This document shows, piece after piece, positions 37,190 through 45,433 of a stretch of 64,000 nt of DNA. Under the pieces are notes generated by a model. That model ran no database searches and was not told where the DNA came from. It saw only the letters and a program-made list of their open reading frames with translations. The position numbers were made by a program, and so were the translations under genes. Within the stretch, counting starts at the first letter, position 1; every line of letters starts with the position of its first letter. The stretch is from positions 3,810-67,809 of the IMG/VR virus record IMGVR_UViG_2502957028_000003, one strand, 5' to 3'. The DNA comes from a virus. Its lineage: Duplodnaviria; Caudoviricetes.

Positions 37190-38537
37190 TTTTGCACCCT
37201 AAAATCCCCAAGTAAACCGCCCCAACCATCGGCGGTATCGACCGTTGCATCGGGAATGAGAACATGGCCGCTATTGCCAACGCCACCAATCCCAACAAAA
37301 CGCTTATTTTCTGCCAACCCCCTTGAAAAGCTCCCGCAACCGCCACCCGGCCGACCGAGAAAACCAGCCAGCAAAGCAGGAGAACCCCGACAATCCCCGT
37401 CTCCACGGCCCATTGCAGATAATCATTATGGGCGTTGTGGAGTTGAATCTTCTCACTAAACACCCTGTCCTTGACTGCCGCCTGGGAATACGCAGGGTAA
37501 AATACCTTGTGGTTTCCGATGCCAAATCCGAACCACGGCCTGTCTTTAAACATTTCCAGTGAATTCAGGTATATGGCCTTTCTCAGGGCTACCGAAGTAT
37601 CCCGTTTGCCGTCATGTTGCCCGGCGGCTTCACTCACCGCCGTCCCGACCCTGTGCGTCATGTTGGTCAGGCTTGAGAAACGAATACCATCCGGCCCCAA
37701 GCTGATTAAAAAGAGAAATAAGGCGAGTCCATAGGCCAGGGCTATTCGGCGGTGAAACGAAGAATTCTTCCGGGTCGATTGTTTCAATTCCGTTTTCGGT
37801 GATTTTTGCAGGGTAGCCAGAGCATATTTTGGCGAGAAAATCCTTTTCAATCTTGATGTCTTTGAGGTTGACGCTTGCGATTTCTCTTGAGAGTTTTTCA
37901 AGGAAAGCATAATCGCCAACGCCACTCCCTGGCAGCACACCACCAGCCAGCCCGTCCGGTTGTCCGCTACCACAATGTATGCCAGCATCGTTGCACACAT
38001 ATGGGTGATAACCGGATACATTGCCTTTCCCGCTTGACGCCAGAGTGCGAAACCGACCGGCCAGACCATCGCGATAAATTGCACAGCCATGTTTCTGTTC
38101 GCAAAGGTCGCAGCAGGAGCGACGCTTTGTTGAATCGGCAGGCAGAATTCCAGGTATTGCAGAATGCCAATAACCGATATCCCCCATCCTGCCGCAAAAA
38201 GCGCCCAAAGGACGGTTCGGACAGCCTTCGGGTTCCCGGCAAGAATCGTCGTTGTCATGAAGTACAGCCATGTTATCACTCCCCAATAAACCAAAGACCA
38301 AACGGCCTCAGTCGTGTTGTGCGCCCATAAAACCGAAAGGCAGGCCCAACCCATGCATGCCAGAATCGGAAGGCCGAAACGCGGCATTTTGTACTTTCCC
38401 CGGAATGCCATGAAAACCCCGAGAGCCGAAACCCCGAACGCCACGAAAGCCCTCTGGGGCAAGTCGGCGTAATTGAAGCAGGAGTCAAGGGTGATGAAGG
38501 GGGCGAGGGTCAGGATTATGAGAAGGGTCCAGGTCAT
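37176..38537 (-). CDS. O-antigen ligase / O-oligosaccharyltransferase family (Wzy_C) polytopic membrane protein
   Basis: About 11-12 hydrophobic segments; ATFANRN, RKAIYLNSLEMFKDRPWFGFGIGN and HNAHNDYLQWAVETGIVG motifs; TAATG coupling at 38537. Confidence 0.9.
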   Translation of the reverse strand: MTWTLLIILTLAPFITLDSCFNYADLPQRAFVAFGVSALGVFMAFRGKYKMPRFGLPILACMGWACLSVLWAHNTTEAVWSLVYWGVITWLYFMTTTILAGNPKAVRTVLWALFAAGWGISVIGILQYLEFCLPIQQSVAPAATFANRNMAVQFIAMVWPVGFALWRQAGKAMYPVITHMCATMLAYIVVADNRTGWLVVCCQGVALAIMLSLKNSQEKSQASTSKTSRLKRIFSPKYALATLQKSPKTELKQSTRKNSSFHRRIALAYGLALFLFLISLGPDGIRFSSLTNMTHRVGTAVSEAAGQHDGKRDTSVALRKAIYLNSLEMFKDRPWFGFGIGNHKVFYPAYSQAAVKDRVFSEKIQLHNAHNDYLQWAVETGIVGVLLLCWLVFSVGRVAVAGAFQGGWQKISVLLGLVALAIAAMFSFPMQRSIPPMVGAVYLGILGCKNEVS

Positions 38538-38803
38538 TAGTTGCGACAAGCGAAATTAATCGCCATAACAAAAGCGACCATCAAAACAACCACGGGCGAA
38601 AGAATTATTAGGAGGCCGACAAGTCCTTCAAATACGGCAGACCAAATCACACAGCATCCCATCGCTATTGCAGCAACCTTTAATAGCCCAAGTGCCACAC
38701 CCAAAAGGGCGCAAATCATAAATATTATCGCTTTGTATGAAAGCGCCTCATCCACCCTCCCACAAGTTGGGCACGGGGACGGGATGTCGTCAGTTTTTGG
38801 CAT
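38537..38803 (-). CDS. Small two-TM membrane protein with CPTC motif
   Basis: GAGGAGG RBS; two hydrophobic segments. Confidence 0.65.
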   Translation of the reverse strand: MPKTDDIPSPCPTCGRVDEALSYKAIIFMICALLGVALGLLKVAAIAMGCCVIWSAVFEGLVGLLIILSPVVVLMVAFVMAINFACRN

Positions 38804-39077
38804 TGGCGGCCTCCTCGATACACCCAAGATAAAGCCGCTCGAAACCATCAATGAGTTCAAGGCTTTCCGTGAGGCATTCATCCAACTTGCGGCACTTTGC
38901 GTCCAGTTCGAGCGAATGGCCGTATAGGAACCGAATTGCGGCCCTGTCTTGCATTGCATTCACCCGGAGCGTGAAGTTTTCATCCATGGTCCTATTGGCG
39001 TCTGCTGCTACGAACGCTGACGTAATCGCAAACCCAAGGCACAAGACAAATGCTGCCAAAATCGCAGTTTTCCTCAT
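38790..39077 (-). CDS. Signal-anchored hypothetical protein
   Basis: MRKTAILAAFVLCLGFAITSAFVAADA leader followed by coiled coil. Confidence 0.65.
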   Translation of the reverse strand: MRKTAILAAFVLCLGFAITSAFVAADANRTMDENFTLRVNAMQDRAAIRFLYGHSLELDAKCRKLDECLTESLELIDGFERLYLGCIEEAANAKN

Positions 39078-39259
39078 TTTTTCTCCCCTAAATACTTCTT
39101 CCCAAAAACCGCCTCACGCACTCTCCGAAGCAACGGCTTTCTCTTGTACCACCGGCACCGGTTGTGCAGCAGAACCCTGGGCCGCTCCATCTTGCATGTG
39201 GTGGCGAATGGCTTGTAAAGCAGGAACTCAAAAACGCATGTTTTGCATGGGCCGGTCAT
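39074..39259 (-). CDS. Small Cys-rich basic protein
   Basis: CKTC...C...C pattern; ATGA overlap. Confidence 0.55.
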   Translation of the reverse strand: MTGPCKTCVFEFLLYKPFATTCKMERPRVLLHNRCRWYKRKPLLRRVREAVFGKKYLGEKK

Positions 39260-39361
39260 ATTTCTTACTCACTAACCCGCAAAGCGGAGTAAAGATCAGC
39301 CATTCGTCACCCTCATAAATGAAACCGCTTTCGATGCGTTGGACTGGTGGCGGCTACACCA

Positions 39362-39436
39362 TGGCAGGGGCGGCTGGATTCGAACCAGCAGTATTGGGTC
39401 CAAGGCCCAATGTCTTGCCAATTAAACTACACCCCT
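39362..39436 (-). tRNA. tRNA-Gln(UUG)
   Basis: Cloverleaf; stem TTGGG/CCCAA with loop CC-TTG-GA; G73; encoded CCA. Confidence 0.85.
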
Positions 39437-39958
39437 TTATCATTTATCCGCTCCGCTTTTGAAGGTCTTCGAGCGAATTCCCAACCACGCCAACGATAAT
39501 TCTGTCAATTTGCGCGACAACTTCCTCGTCTTGAACGCTAAATACAGAAGTGGTTTTCGTATTAATTTTTGTTTCAAAGTTGACTCCCGCGATTGTGTGG
39601 TAAGTACCTATATATATTTGCACCCACCCCCTAAACCCATGGGCGCCCCCACCCCCTCGGCCAGAAAAAAAGCATGCTTATTCATTTTGGTTTCGAAACA
39701 TAGCTCTTGCCGGATAAAAGATCGTATCTCCTGACCCCTGAGCGCGCGTGCCTTATCTCTGACCGTATCCACCAAGCCACAAAGCGGCGCATCATCGCAT
39801 CTTTGGCCGCCTTGACTTTATCCATGTCTTGTGCTAACCTATTGTTTATACAAACTATACAGTCCGATAACATCCATTATGTTAACTATGGTCAATTATC
39901 GGAGCATTTGGCCGAATATCGCAGGACTTGCGAGTCCGTGCTCTTTTTCCCGGCTACG

Positions 39959-40549
39959 TCAATCCTTGCTCTCGCCGCCTACTGTACAGTTTACCAACTC
40001 CTCCGGGCTAATCGTCTCTAACTGGTCACAATCGCCCGTATCTGCCCCAGATTGGGATTTCTGGTCTGGCATCGCCAGCAAATCAGGCTCAATTTCGATG
40101 ATTTCGGCCTCCTGGGCGTCCTGGGTGAGCAAGCCCTGGCTGAATTTGGCCGCGATCTGCTTTAGGCCCTCGATCATATCGGGGGCTATGGTGTGGGTCA
40201 CCGTGCCTTGCTGGTGGACGTCTATCCGGTCGCCATATTTGCGCGGCTTGAGCTTGGAAGCCGCCCATTGTCTGGCTTGCACACGGACAGCGGCTTTTTT
40301 TGGGTTGTCCTCGGTGTCGGCTATCGTTATGATTTCATCGGCAAAAAAGTCAGCCTGGCGCTCTCGTGCACGCGTATACATCTCCCTGAATTTGCTATAC
40401 CTCGCATCAGCCAGCCATCTATAAACCATAGCGCTTGACGGCATATCCTCATCGGACGTTATGCTCTGGACGCTCTCGCCGGATGCTATCCGCTCGCAGA
40501 TAGTCTCAGCGATTTCATCCGTGTACGCGCTCGGCCTGCCTGCTGCCAT
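39959..40549 (-). CDS. terS: Terminase small subunit (Sf6/P22-like)
   Basis: GRPSAYTDEIAETICERIASGES, YTRARERQAD and KLKPRKYGD motifs. Confidence 0.92.
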   Translation of the reverse strand: MAAGRPSAYTDEIAETICERIASGESVQSITSDEDMPSSAMVYRWLADARYSKFREMYTRARERQADFFADEIITIADTEDNPKKAAVRVQARQWAASKLKPRKYGDRIDVHQQGTVTHTIAPDMIEGLKQIAAKFSQGLLTQDAQEAEIIEIEPDLLAMPDQKSQSGADTGDCDQLETISPEELVNCTVGGESKD

Positions 40550-40664
40550 CACATCCCCCATCCGCCCAAAACACATGCACCGACGCACACGGCCAGGACC
40601 GCTATCGCGATCCCGGCCAGCGCCATGTTTTCGGCGCGATTGCCCTTATCCTTGGCTGTCCTCA

Positions 40665-40949
40665 TTAGTACAGCGCCGCCTCAATCTCTGCGATTTCGCA
40701 GTTGATAGACTCGGACGCTTCCGACAGAATAGCGGGGAGTTGGTCGAGCAATGTTTCGATAGACTCGAATGCACAGTCAGTGCACTCTTCATGCGCGCTC
40801 CGTTGATCGCCAGCCCGCATCCTCGCCCTTAAGTCTTGCAGTCGCCTGACCGCGCTTTGCAGTTTGTCGATGTTGAGAGCGATTGTTTCGGATTTACCCA
40901 TGCGTGCAGGCTCTTCATTTGTGCACCCTGTGGTTGTAATACTCATCAC
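40665..40949 (-). CDS. Hypothetical coiled-coil protein, first gene of late operon
   Basis: GGAGG RBS; lies downstream of the putative late promoter. Confidence 0.7.
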   Translation of the reverse strand: MMSITTTGCTNEEPARMGKSETIALNIDKLQSAVRRLQDLRARMRAGDQRSAHEECTDCAFESIETLLDQLPAILSEASESINCEIAEIEAALY

Positions 40950-41033
40950 TAATTCCTCCCTCGTTCCTCGGTCGACCGGTTGTTTGTCAATTTAGAGCCT
41001 TTTGGTCCCCGGCTGATTAAACCCTGTATGTAG

Positions 41034-41145
41034 ATTATAGATATATGGCCCGGTAAAATAGGACCAAAAAACGTACTATAGGGGGTGACCATAGGACCAG
41101 TAACCAGTCCTATTTTGCATTCATAGGACCAAAAAACAGTCCTAT
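41034..41145 (-). promoter_or_regulatory. Putative activator-dependent late promoter with three ATAGGAC-N8/9-GTCCTAT palindromes
   Basis: TATAAT at 41034-41039 (- strand), no consensus -35; palindromes at 41058, 41091 and 41123. Confidence 0.7.
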
Positions 41146-41149
41146 GGGT

Positions 41150-41524
41150 TTAAAACGGGGAATCGAACAATTGAGGGTTTGGGTCCGCCTGTTGCCATCT
41201 ACCAGACAGGGATACAACCGTTTTGACGTTGGGAAATTTGCCGGGCGTGACAACATCAATAAATCCTCGGTTGATTAGGTCTGCCTTGGATTTTCTGAAT
41301 GTGTCCTTGCTCATAACGTGCCTTACATCCGCGTAGCCAATTTGCAGGCTGTCGTCACTCCGGTTTATTTTCCTGCCCCGTGAGTCAATCGTGTCTCGTT
41401 GCCGCTTGATGTATGCATACAGCGTCCGTGCCGAATGCGTCAGGGCTATCCAGTGCGGGCTGTCCAACATCTTGTACGGCAACGCAACAAACTGTTCGGT
41501 CTTCCTCCGGTATTCTTTTTTCAC
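41150..41524 (-). CDS. Winged-helix DNA-binding protein (candidate late activator)
   Basis: FVALPYKMLDS..W..L...ARTLY and SKDTFRKSKADLINRGFI wHTH pattern. Confidence 0.75.
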   Translation of the reverse strand: MKKEYRRKTEQFVALPYKMLDSPHWIALTHSARTLYAYIKRQRDTIDSRGRKINRSDDSLQIGYADVRHVMSKDTFRKSKADLINRGFIDVVTPGKFPNVKTVVSLSGRWQQADPNPQLFDSPF

Positions 41525-41992
41525 CAGCGCCTCTGGCTGTGCGCCTGGCTTTTGTGAGTAGGGGGCAGGGCGGGCCAGATACCGCCTTTTCAGGAGCTAC
41601 CTTAGCCCCCACACTTTTAAAAATATCCGGCATCCGTCTTATTTGGGTGCAGTCGCCGGAATTATTAATCAGAGTGACCGCCCGATTTGAGCTTGCGTCA
41701 GAGGCTTGGGCGGTATCTTGTAAGCCGGTTTTAGTGCGCTTTAGACTCAACAAAGGGGACCGGCGGCCCGAAATCCTGCTCGTACAACTTCTGTGCCTCG
41801 GGGTGAGCCGGTCCGGGACATATCCCGGTCGGGTTATTCCGCTCCGTGCATTCCCACTGATCACACTCTCTGCAATTTGCTTTCTCACTCTTCATGAACA
41901 CATTATACCACTACATATTGTGGTCGTAAATGCTTTTTTTAGCGATATGTTGTGTTTTTGAATAAAAGTGATATGAAACAATAAGAAAAACT

Positions 41993-42021
41993 TTACAGCA
42001 AAATATAACGGTGTTATCTTG
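41993..42021 (+). promoter_or_regulatory. Sigma70-type promoter for the accessory + strand cluster
   Basis: TTTACA-N17-TATCTT in an AT-rich intergenic region. Confidence 0.55.
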
Positions 42022-42070
42022 GAGTCAAGATCGAGGCAGGGAACGCAAACACCAAGCAGGAGGAAATGAC

Positions 42071-42247
42071 ATGTATAAAACCACAGTGCGGGGCAAAAAC
42101 AGAATGGCCGCCCTGGCCAGGTATCTATTAGACAGCGGGATCGACTTTTCGGTCAAAAACATCAAGCCGGATTATTACCGCGTAGAATGCAGCACTGACG
42201 GAAGTGTTGTGGAGTCTATCCTGGATTCGATTGGATATGCAGCCTAA
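42071..42247 (+). CDS. Hypothetical protein
   Basis: AGGAGG RBS. Confidence 0.7.
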   Translation: MYKTTVRGKNRMAALARYLLDSGIDFSVKNIKPDYYRVECSTDGSVVESILDSIGYAA

Positions 42248-42296
42248 CCCAACACCGCCCCGCTCCGGCGGGGCGAAACACAAAGGAGGAAATGAC

Positions 42297-42782
42297 ATGA
42301 AAATACAACCCCCAGAAGCCCTTTTGAAAATGTGTTGCGGCGAAACATACGAAAATATGTGGGCCGTCTCGCTCGACAGGGCGCAGCATCTTAGGACCTG
42401 TAATTATTGGTACCTTGTAGACAACTACGCCACCCCGCACACTGCATTTAGGACCAAGGAGCATATGGAAGCATGGCTTAACCTCCTGGGCCTCGCGCTT
42501 GAGGAGCCATTACCGCAAAAAACAGGTGAGCACGGATCTGCTAAAGTCGTTGGCAGATACAAAAGACTTTCCGTGGTGTGCTCACAAGAAGAATGGGACT
42601 CTTTCCGCCCCGAAAAAGAAGTGAGAATGGTTAGCAATGGAAGATATACAGCGGCTAAAATGTTTACGGAAAAAGACGGAACGGCGGTTATGGTTGTCCC
42701 TAACCCAAACTGTAAGTGGCGCAAGGAATACGACCACGCAGAAACAAGGGCATTAAATGACAAGGGCATCTTGGCTGCATAG
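42297..42782 (+). CDS. Hypothetical protein
   Basis: AGGAGG RBS; 161-aa ORF. Confidence 0.8.
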   Translation: MKIQPPEALLKMCCGETYENMWAVSLDRAQHLRTCNYWYLVDNYATPHTAFRTKEHMEAWLNLLGLALEEPLPQKTGEHGSAKVVGRYKRLSVVCSQEEWDSFRPEKEVRMVSNGRYTAAKMFTEKDGTAVMVVPNPNCKWRKEYDHAETRALNDKGILAA

Positions 42783-42793
42783 GGGATTAAACC

Positions 42794-43210
42794 ATGAAAA
42801 TGGATCAAGCAATATACAAACAGGGGGACACCGGCGTTATCACAATCATCCGTAACGGTCGCTGTATCTTTTCCGGCTCTACCGCCGATGACATAATCTC
42901 TAAAAACGGCCCAGGGTGCTCTTTGATGCCGTTTGACGTCGCCTACGAACTTGCTGAGCAAGCCATGGAAGCGCGTTTTATCGGCGATTGGGAGGAAATA
43001 GACAGCGACCAGTGGTACGAAGCGCTTTATATGCTCCCGCCTGACAGGTGGGAAACCGTTAGCGGTGTCGAGTTTTTCCAGGTGTCTGAAAGACTGTGCG
43101 GAGCCATTACCAGCACATACGCCAGGGCTAGCGGAAGGTATTTCACCGCAAATAGGAAAATAAACGCCAATTATGGCGAGTTGGCAGACGAAGTTAGAAA
43201 AGTTCTATAA
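42794..43210 (+). CDS. DUF1419-like protein
   Basis: EIDSDQWYEALYMLPP...SERLCGAITSTY motif. Confidence 0.7.
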   Translation: MKMDQAIYKQGDTGVITIIRNGRCIFSGSTADDIISKNGPGCSLMPFDVAYELAEQAMEARFIGDWEEIDSDQWYEALYMLPPDRWETVSGVEFFQVSERLCGAITSTYARASGRYFTANRKINANYGELADEVRKVL

Positions 43211-43259
43211 CCACCCACCACCAGGGGGCCGCGCATCCTGCACGCGGGGAGAAATCACC

Positions 43260-43532
43260 ATGCTGAAATTTAATAAACACCACGTTACAAATGGAGTGGA
43301 AAAAGCCCGTTGTCATTACAGCCTTGACAATAGGGTTGACGGCAGGCCGTGCGTGACGATCTACGCCAAGGACTATGACAACAAGCTCGGCGCTCTCTTT
43401 GCTTTTGAGGATGGTGTATATAAGAACGAAACCGACATGAGGACCGACTATTTCGAAGCGGGCCGCGTGGTTTTGTTTGAAGACCACCCCCTTTATAAGC
43501 AGGCCCGGTCGCGGGCTGTTTCGTTCATATAA
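43260..43532 (+). CDS. Hypothetical protein
   Basis: GGAG RBS; NETDMRTDYFE...RV motif seen in phage proteins. Confidence 0.7.
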   Translation: MLKFNKHHVTNGVEKARCHYSLDNRVDGRPCVTIYAKDYDNKLGALFAFEDGVYKNETDMRTDYFEAGRVVLFEDHPLYKQARSRAVSFI

Positions 43533-43548
43533 CTAAGGAGCCTCACCC

Positions 43549-43740
43549 ATGAAAACAAAACAAGTCTCAGTCCGACTGCCGCTCGAACTCTGGCAGCGGC
43601 TATCAATCCATAAAACCATGGGCAACGTAAAGAGCGCCCAGGCTGGAATCAACATCGCCCTGGAGCGATTTGTCGATGAACTTGACAAAAAGCACGGGAG
43701 GCCGCTTTTTGATGGGTTGGCAGAAATGGAGGAAAAATGA
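43549..43740 (+). CDS. Ribbon-helix-helix-like protein
   Basis: KQVSVRLPLELWQRL motif. Confidence 0.65.
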   Translation: MKTKQVSVRLPLELWQRLSIHKTMGNVKSAQAGINIALERFVDELDKKHGRPLFDGLAEMEEK

Positions 43741-43982
43741 AAATAGTTACCAAAAAAGATGCGGTTGAACTGGCCTCAAAAACAATTCTTGATGGTAAAA
43801 ACAGGGCTAAAACGCCTACAAAATATGACTCTGGAAAATACAAGTGGACGGGAAAAGCGTCTGATTATACAGGGGTTGATATTGACTTTGTGTGGCCTGA
43901 GTTGCTGGCCGTTTATGTAGAGCGCAGGAGTGACGCGAACGGTCCATATGCGCAACTTATGTGTTTTTGCAGGGGGACATAA
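43737..43982 (+). CDS. Hypothetical protein
   Basis: ATGA overlap with GGAGG RBS. Confidence 0.65.
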   Translation: MKIVTKKDAVELASKTILDGKNRAKTPTKYDSGKYKWTGKASDYTGVDIDFVWPELLAVYVERRSDANGPYAQLMCFCRGT

Positions 43983-44068
43983 AACTATTTAGCGGATCAG
44001 AATGACCAAAATATGCACCACAAAGCAGCTTGTGGCTATTCTATTAGACACAAGCGAAGGGGGAGAAG

Positions 44069-44302
44069 ATGCCAACCTATGGAGCTATCTCACATAACGG
44101 TAAATTCGCCGTAGCTAAATTTCACAAAAACGGCGGCTTCCATATCTATAAAAAACTGGTGTTTAAGCCAGGAAAAAGAGTCCATGGGTCAACAAATAAC
44201 GCTTTCAGTTCGTGGGATAAGGCAGACCTTGAGGCACAACGATGCGCCATTGGGATATATGAACCAATTATTGAAAAGGGCCAATATGTCAACATGCGTT
44301 AG
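44069..44302 (+). CDS. Hypothetical protein
   Basis: GGGGGAG RBS. Confidence 0.6.
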   Translation: MPTYGAISHNGKFAVAKFHKNGGFHIYKKLVFKPGKRVHGSTNNAFSSWDKADLEAQRCAIGIYEPIIEKGQYVNMR

Positions 44303-44478
44303 CCCGATAATGACTAAAGCACTCCTTGCACTCCCATAACCCGTCAGATTCCCAAACAACCCGGCCACCGCCCCCGCAATGGGGGCACCGTGGCTTGGGG
44401 TTTGGCCTTATCTGCGGCCGGAACCAGCATTCCCATGTTTCAGGCTGCTCCGCTCTTAGACAAGTGCTCTCGGCTTCA

Positions 44479-45048
44479 TTACCCCGCCAGCGTGACCAGG
44501 ATTCCGCCAGCCAAAGCATTATACGCCGCCATGGCGTCCGCGATGTGCTCAAAGTTCCCAAATGCAATCCCTCCATAAGTCAAGAGCCTTGACCGTTTGC
44601 CGGTCTTTTTGCTTTCCTTTGTGTGTTTCACGACTTTTTCCAGCCCGTATTTTTTAGCCATGGCGTCCGCTATTTCTTCCTTGCTTGCAGAGGCCTTGCC
44701 GGTAGCCGCTTTTTTAACATCCGTCGGAGTGCACCATTCAGCCGGGATGCCCAACAACGCTGCTGTGGCAGCCACAATCCCAACGGCCTGGGTCATGTCG
44801 CCCATGGCTTTGGCAGACTGCGCCCCGCCGGACGGAAGCTCCCCTACTATCCCGGTTACACCGTGCTTTTCGACCACGGCCCGGATTTGCCTTGCGAGGC
44901 TTGCGGATCGGTCGGCCCTGTCATCCGCCACCCGGACGGTTTTCTTTTTGACTGGTGACGTGGTGCAAACTCCCCATTCCTGGGGCTTGCCGTTTTCAAA
45001 AACACAATATCCTGTGTTTGACAGCCCCACATCCAGTGCTAAAATCAT
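44479..45048 (-). CDS. RuvC-like Holliday junction resolvase
   Basis: ILALDVGLSNTGY, IVGELP, PTDVKKAATG.ASKEE and HIADA motifs. Confidence 0.9.
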   Translation of the reverse strand: MILALDVGLSNTGYCVFENGKPQEWGVCTTSPVKKKTVRVADDRADRSASLARQIRAVVEKHGVTGIVGELPSGGAQSAKAMGDMTQAVGIVAATAALLGIPAEWCTPTDVKKAATGKASASKEEIADAMAKKYGLEKVVKHTKESKKTGKRSRLLTYGGIAFGNFEHIADAMAAYNALAGGILVTLAG

Positions 45049-45148
45049 TTTGTTTGACCTTTCCCCATTTTCCGGGTTATGCAAAAGTTGGAAACTTGTA
45101 ATAGCCGTTCTGACGGCCTAAAAATTTTTACGGGTAGGTGAGCCTACC

Positions 45149-45433
45149 CTAAGCCCTGTTTTGGCTCTGGTGGGCCGCTGGCTCGGTTATTCGGCTATAT
45201 ACAGGCACCCTACACGACCGCCCATTAATGGATGTTCTGGTAGCCTCGCCATTAAACCGCAAAACGCCCTGGTCAATCATTTCCCGAACACGCGACCGGC
45301 ACCAATCCCTACCATGGCCTGTTGCGTCCGCCATTTCGGCAATTGAAAACCCTTCCGGCTGCGCCCTATCAAGTCGTTCAACCTCTGCCATGATTTCCTG
45401 CATCGAAATCCCAAGACTGCTACTCATTGACAA
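45149..45433 (-). CDS. Small winged-helix protein
   Basis: FSIAEMADATG...CRSRVREMIDQG HTH; coupled to phosphoesterase. Confidence 0.7.
   Translation of the reverse strand: MSMSSSLGISMQEIMAEVERLDRAQPEGFSIAEMADATGHGRDWCRSRVREMIDQGVLRFNGEATRTSINGRSCRVPVYSRITEPAAHQSQNRA

Noticed and set aside
39300-39361. Theta/HDV-like ribozyme after tRNA-Gln
   Set aside because: Only a simple TGGTG/CACCA hairpin; nested pseudoknot could not be built
44289-44576. ORF with CPHC...CKEC zinc ribbon
   Set aside because: Overlaps the RuvC gene and no plausible start was found for the zinc-ribbon part; possibly a remnant
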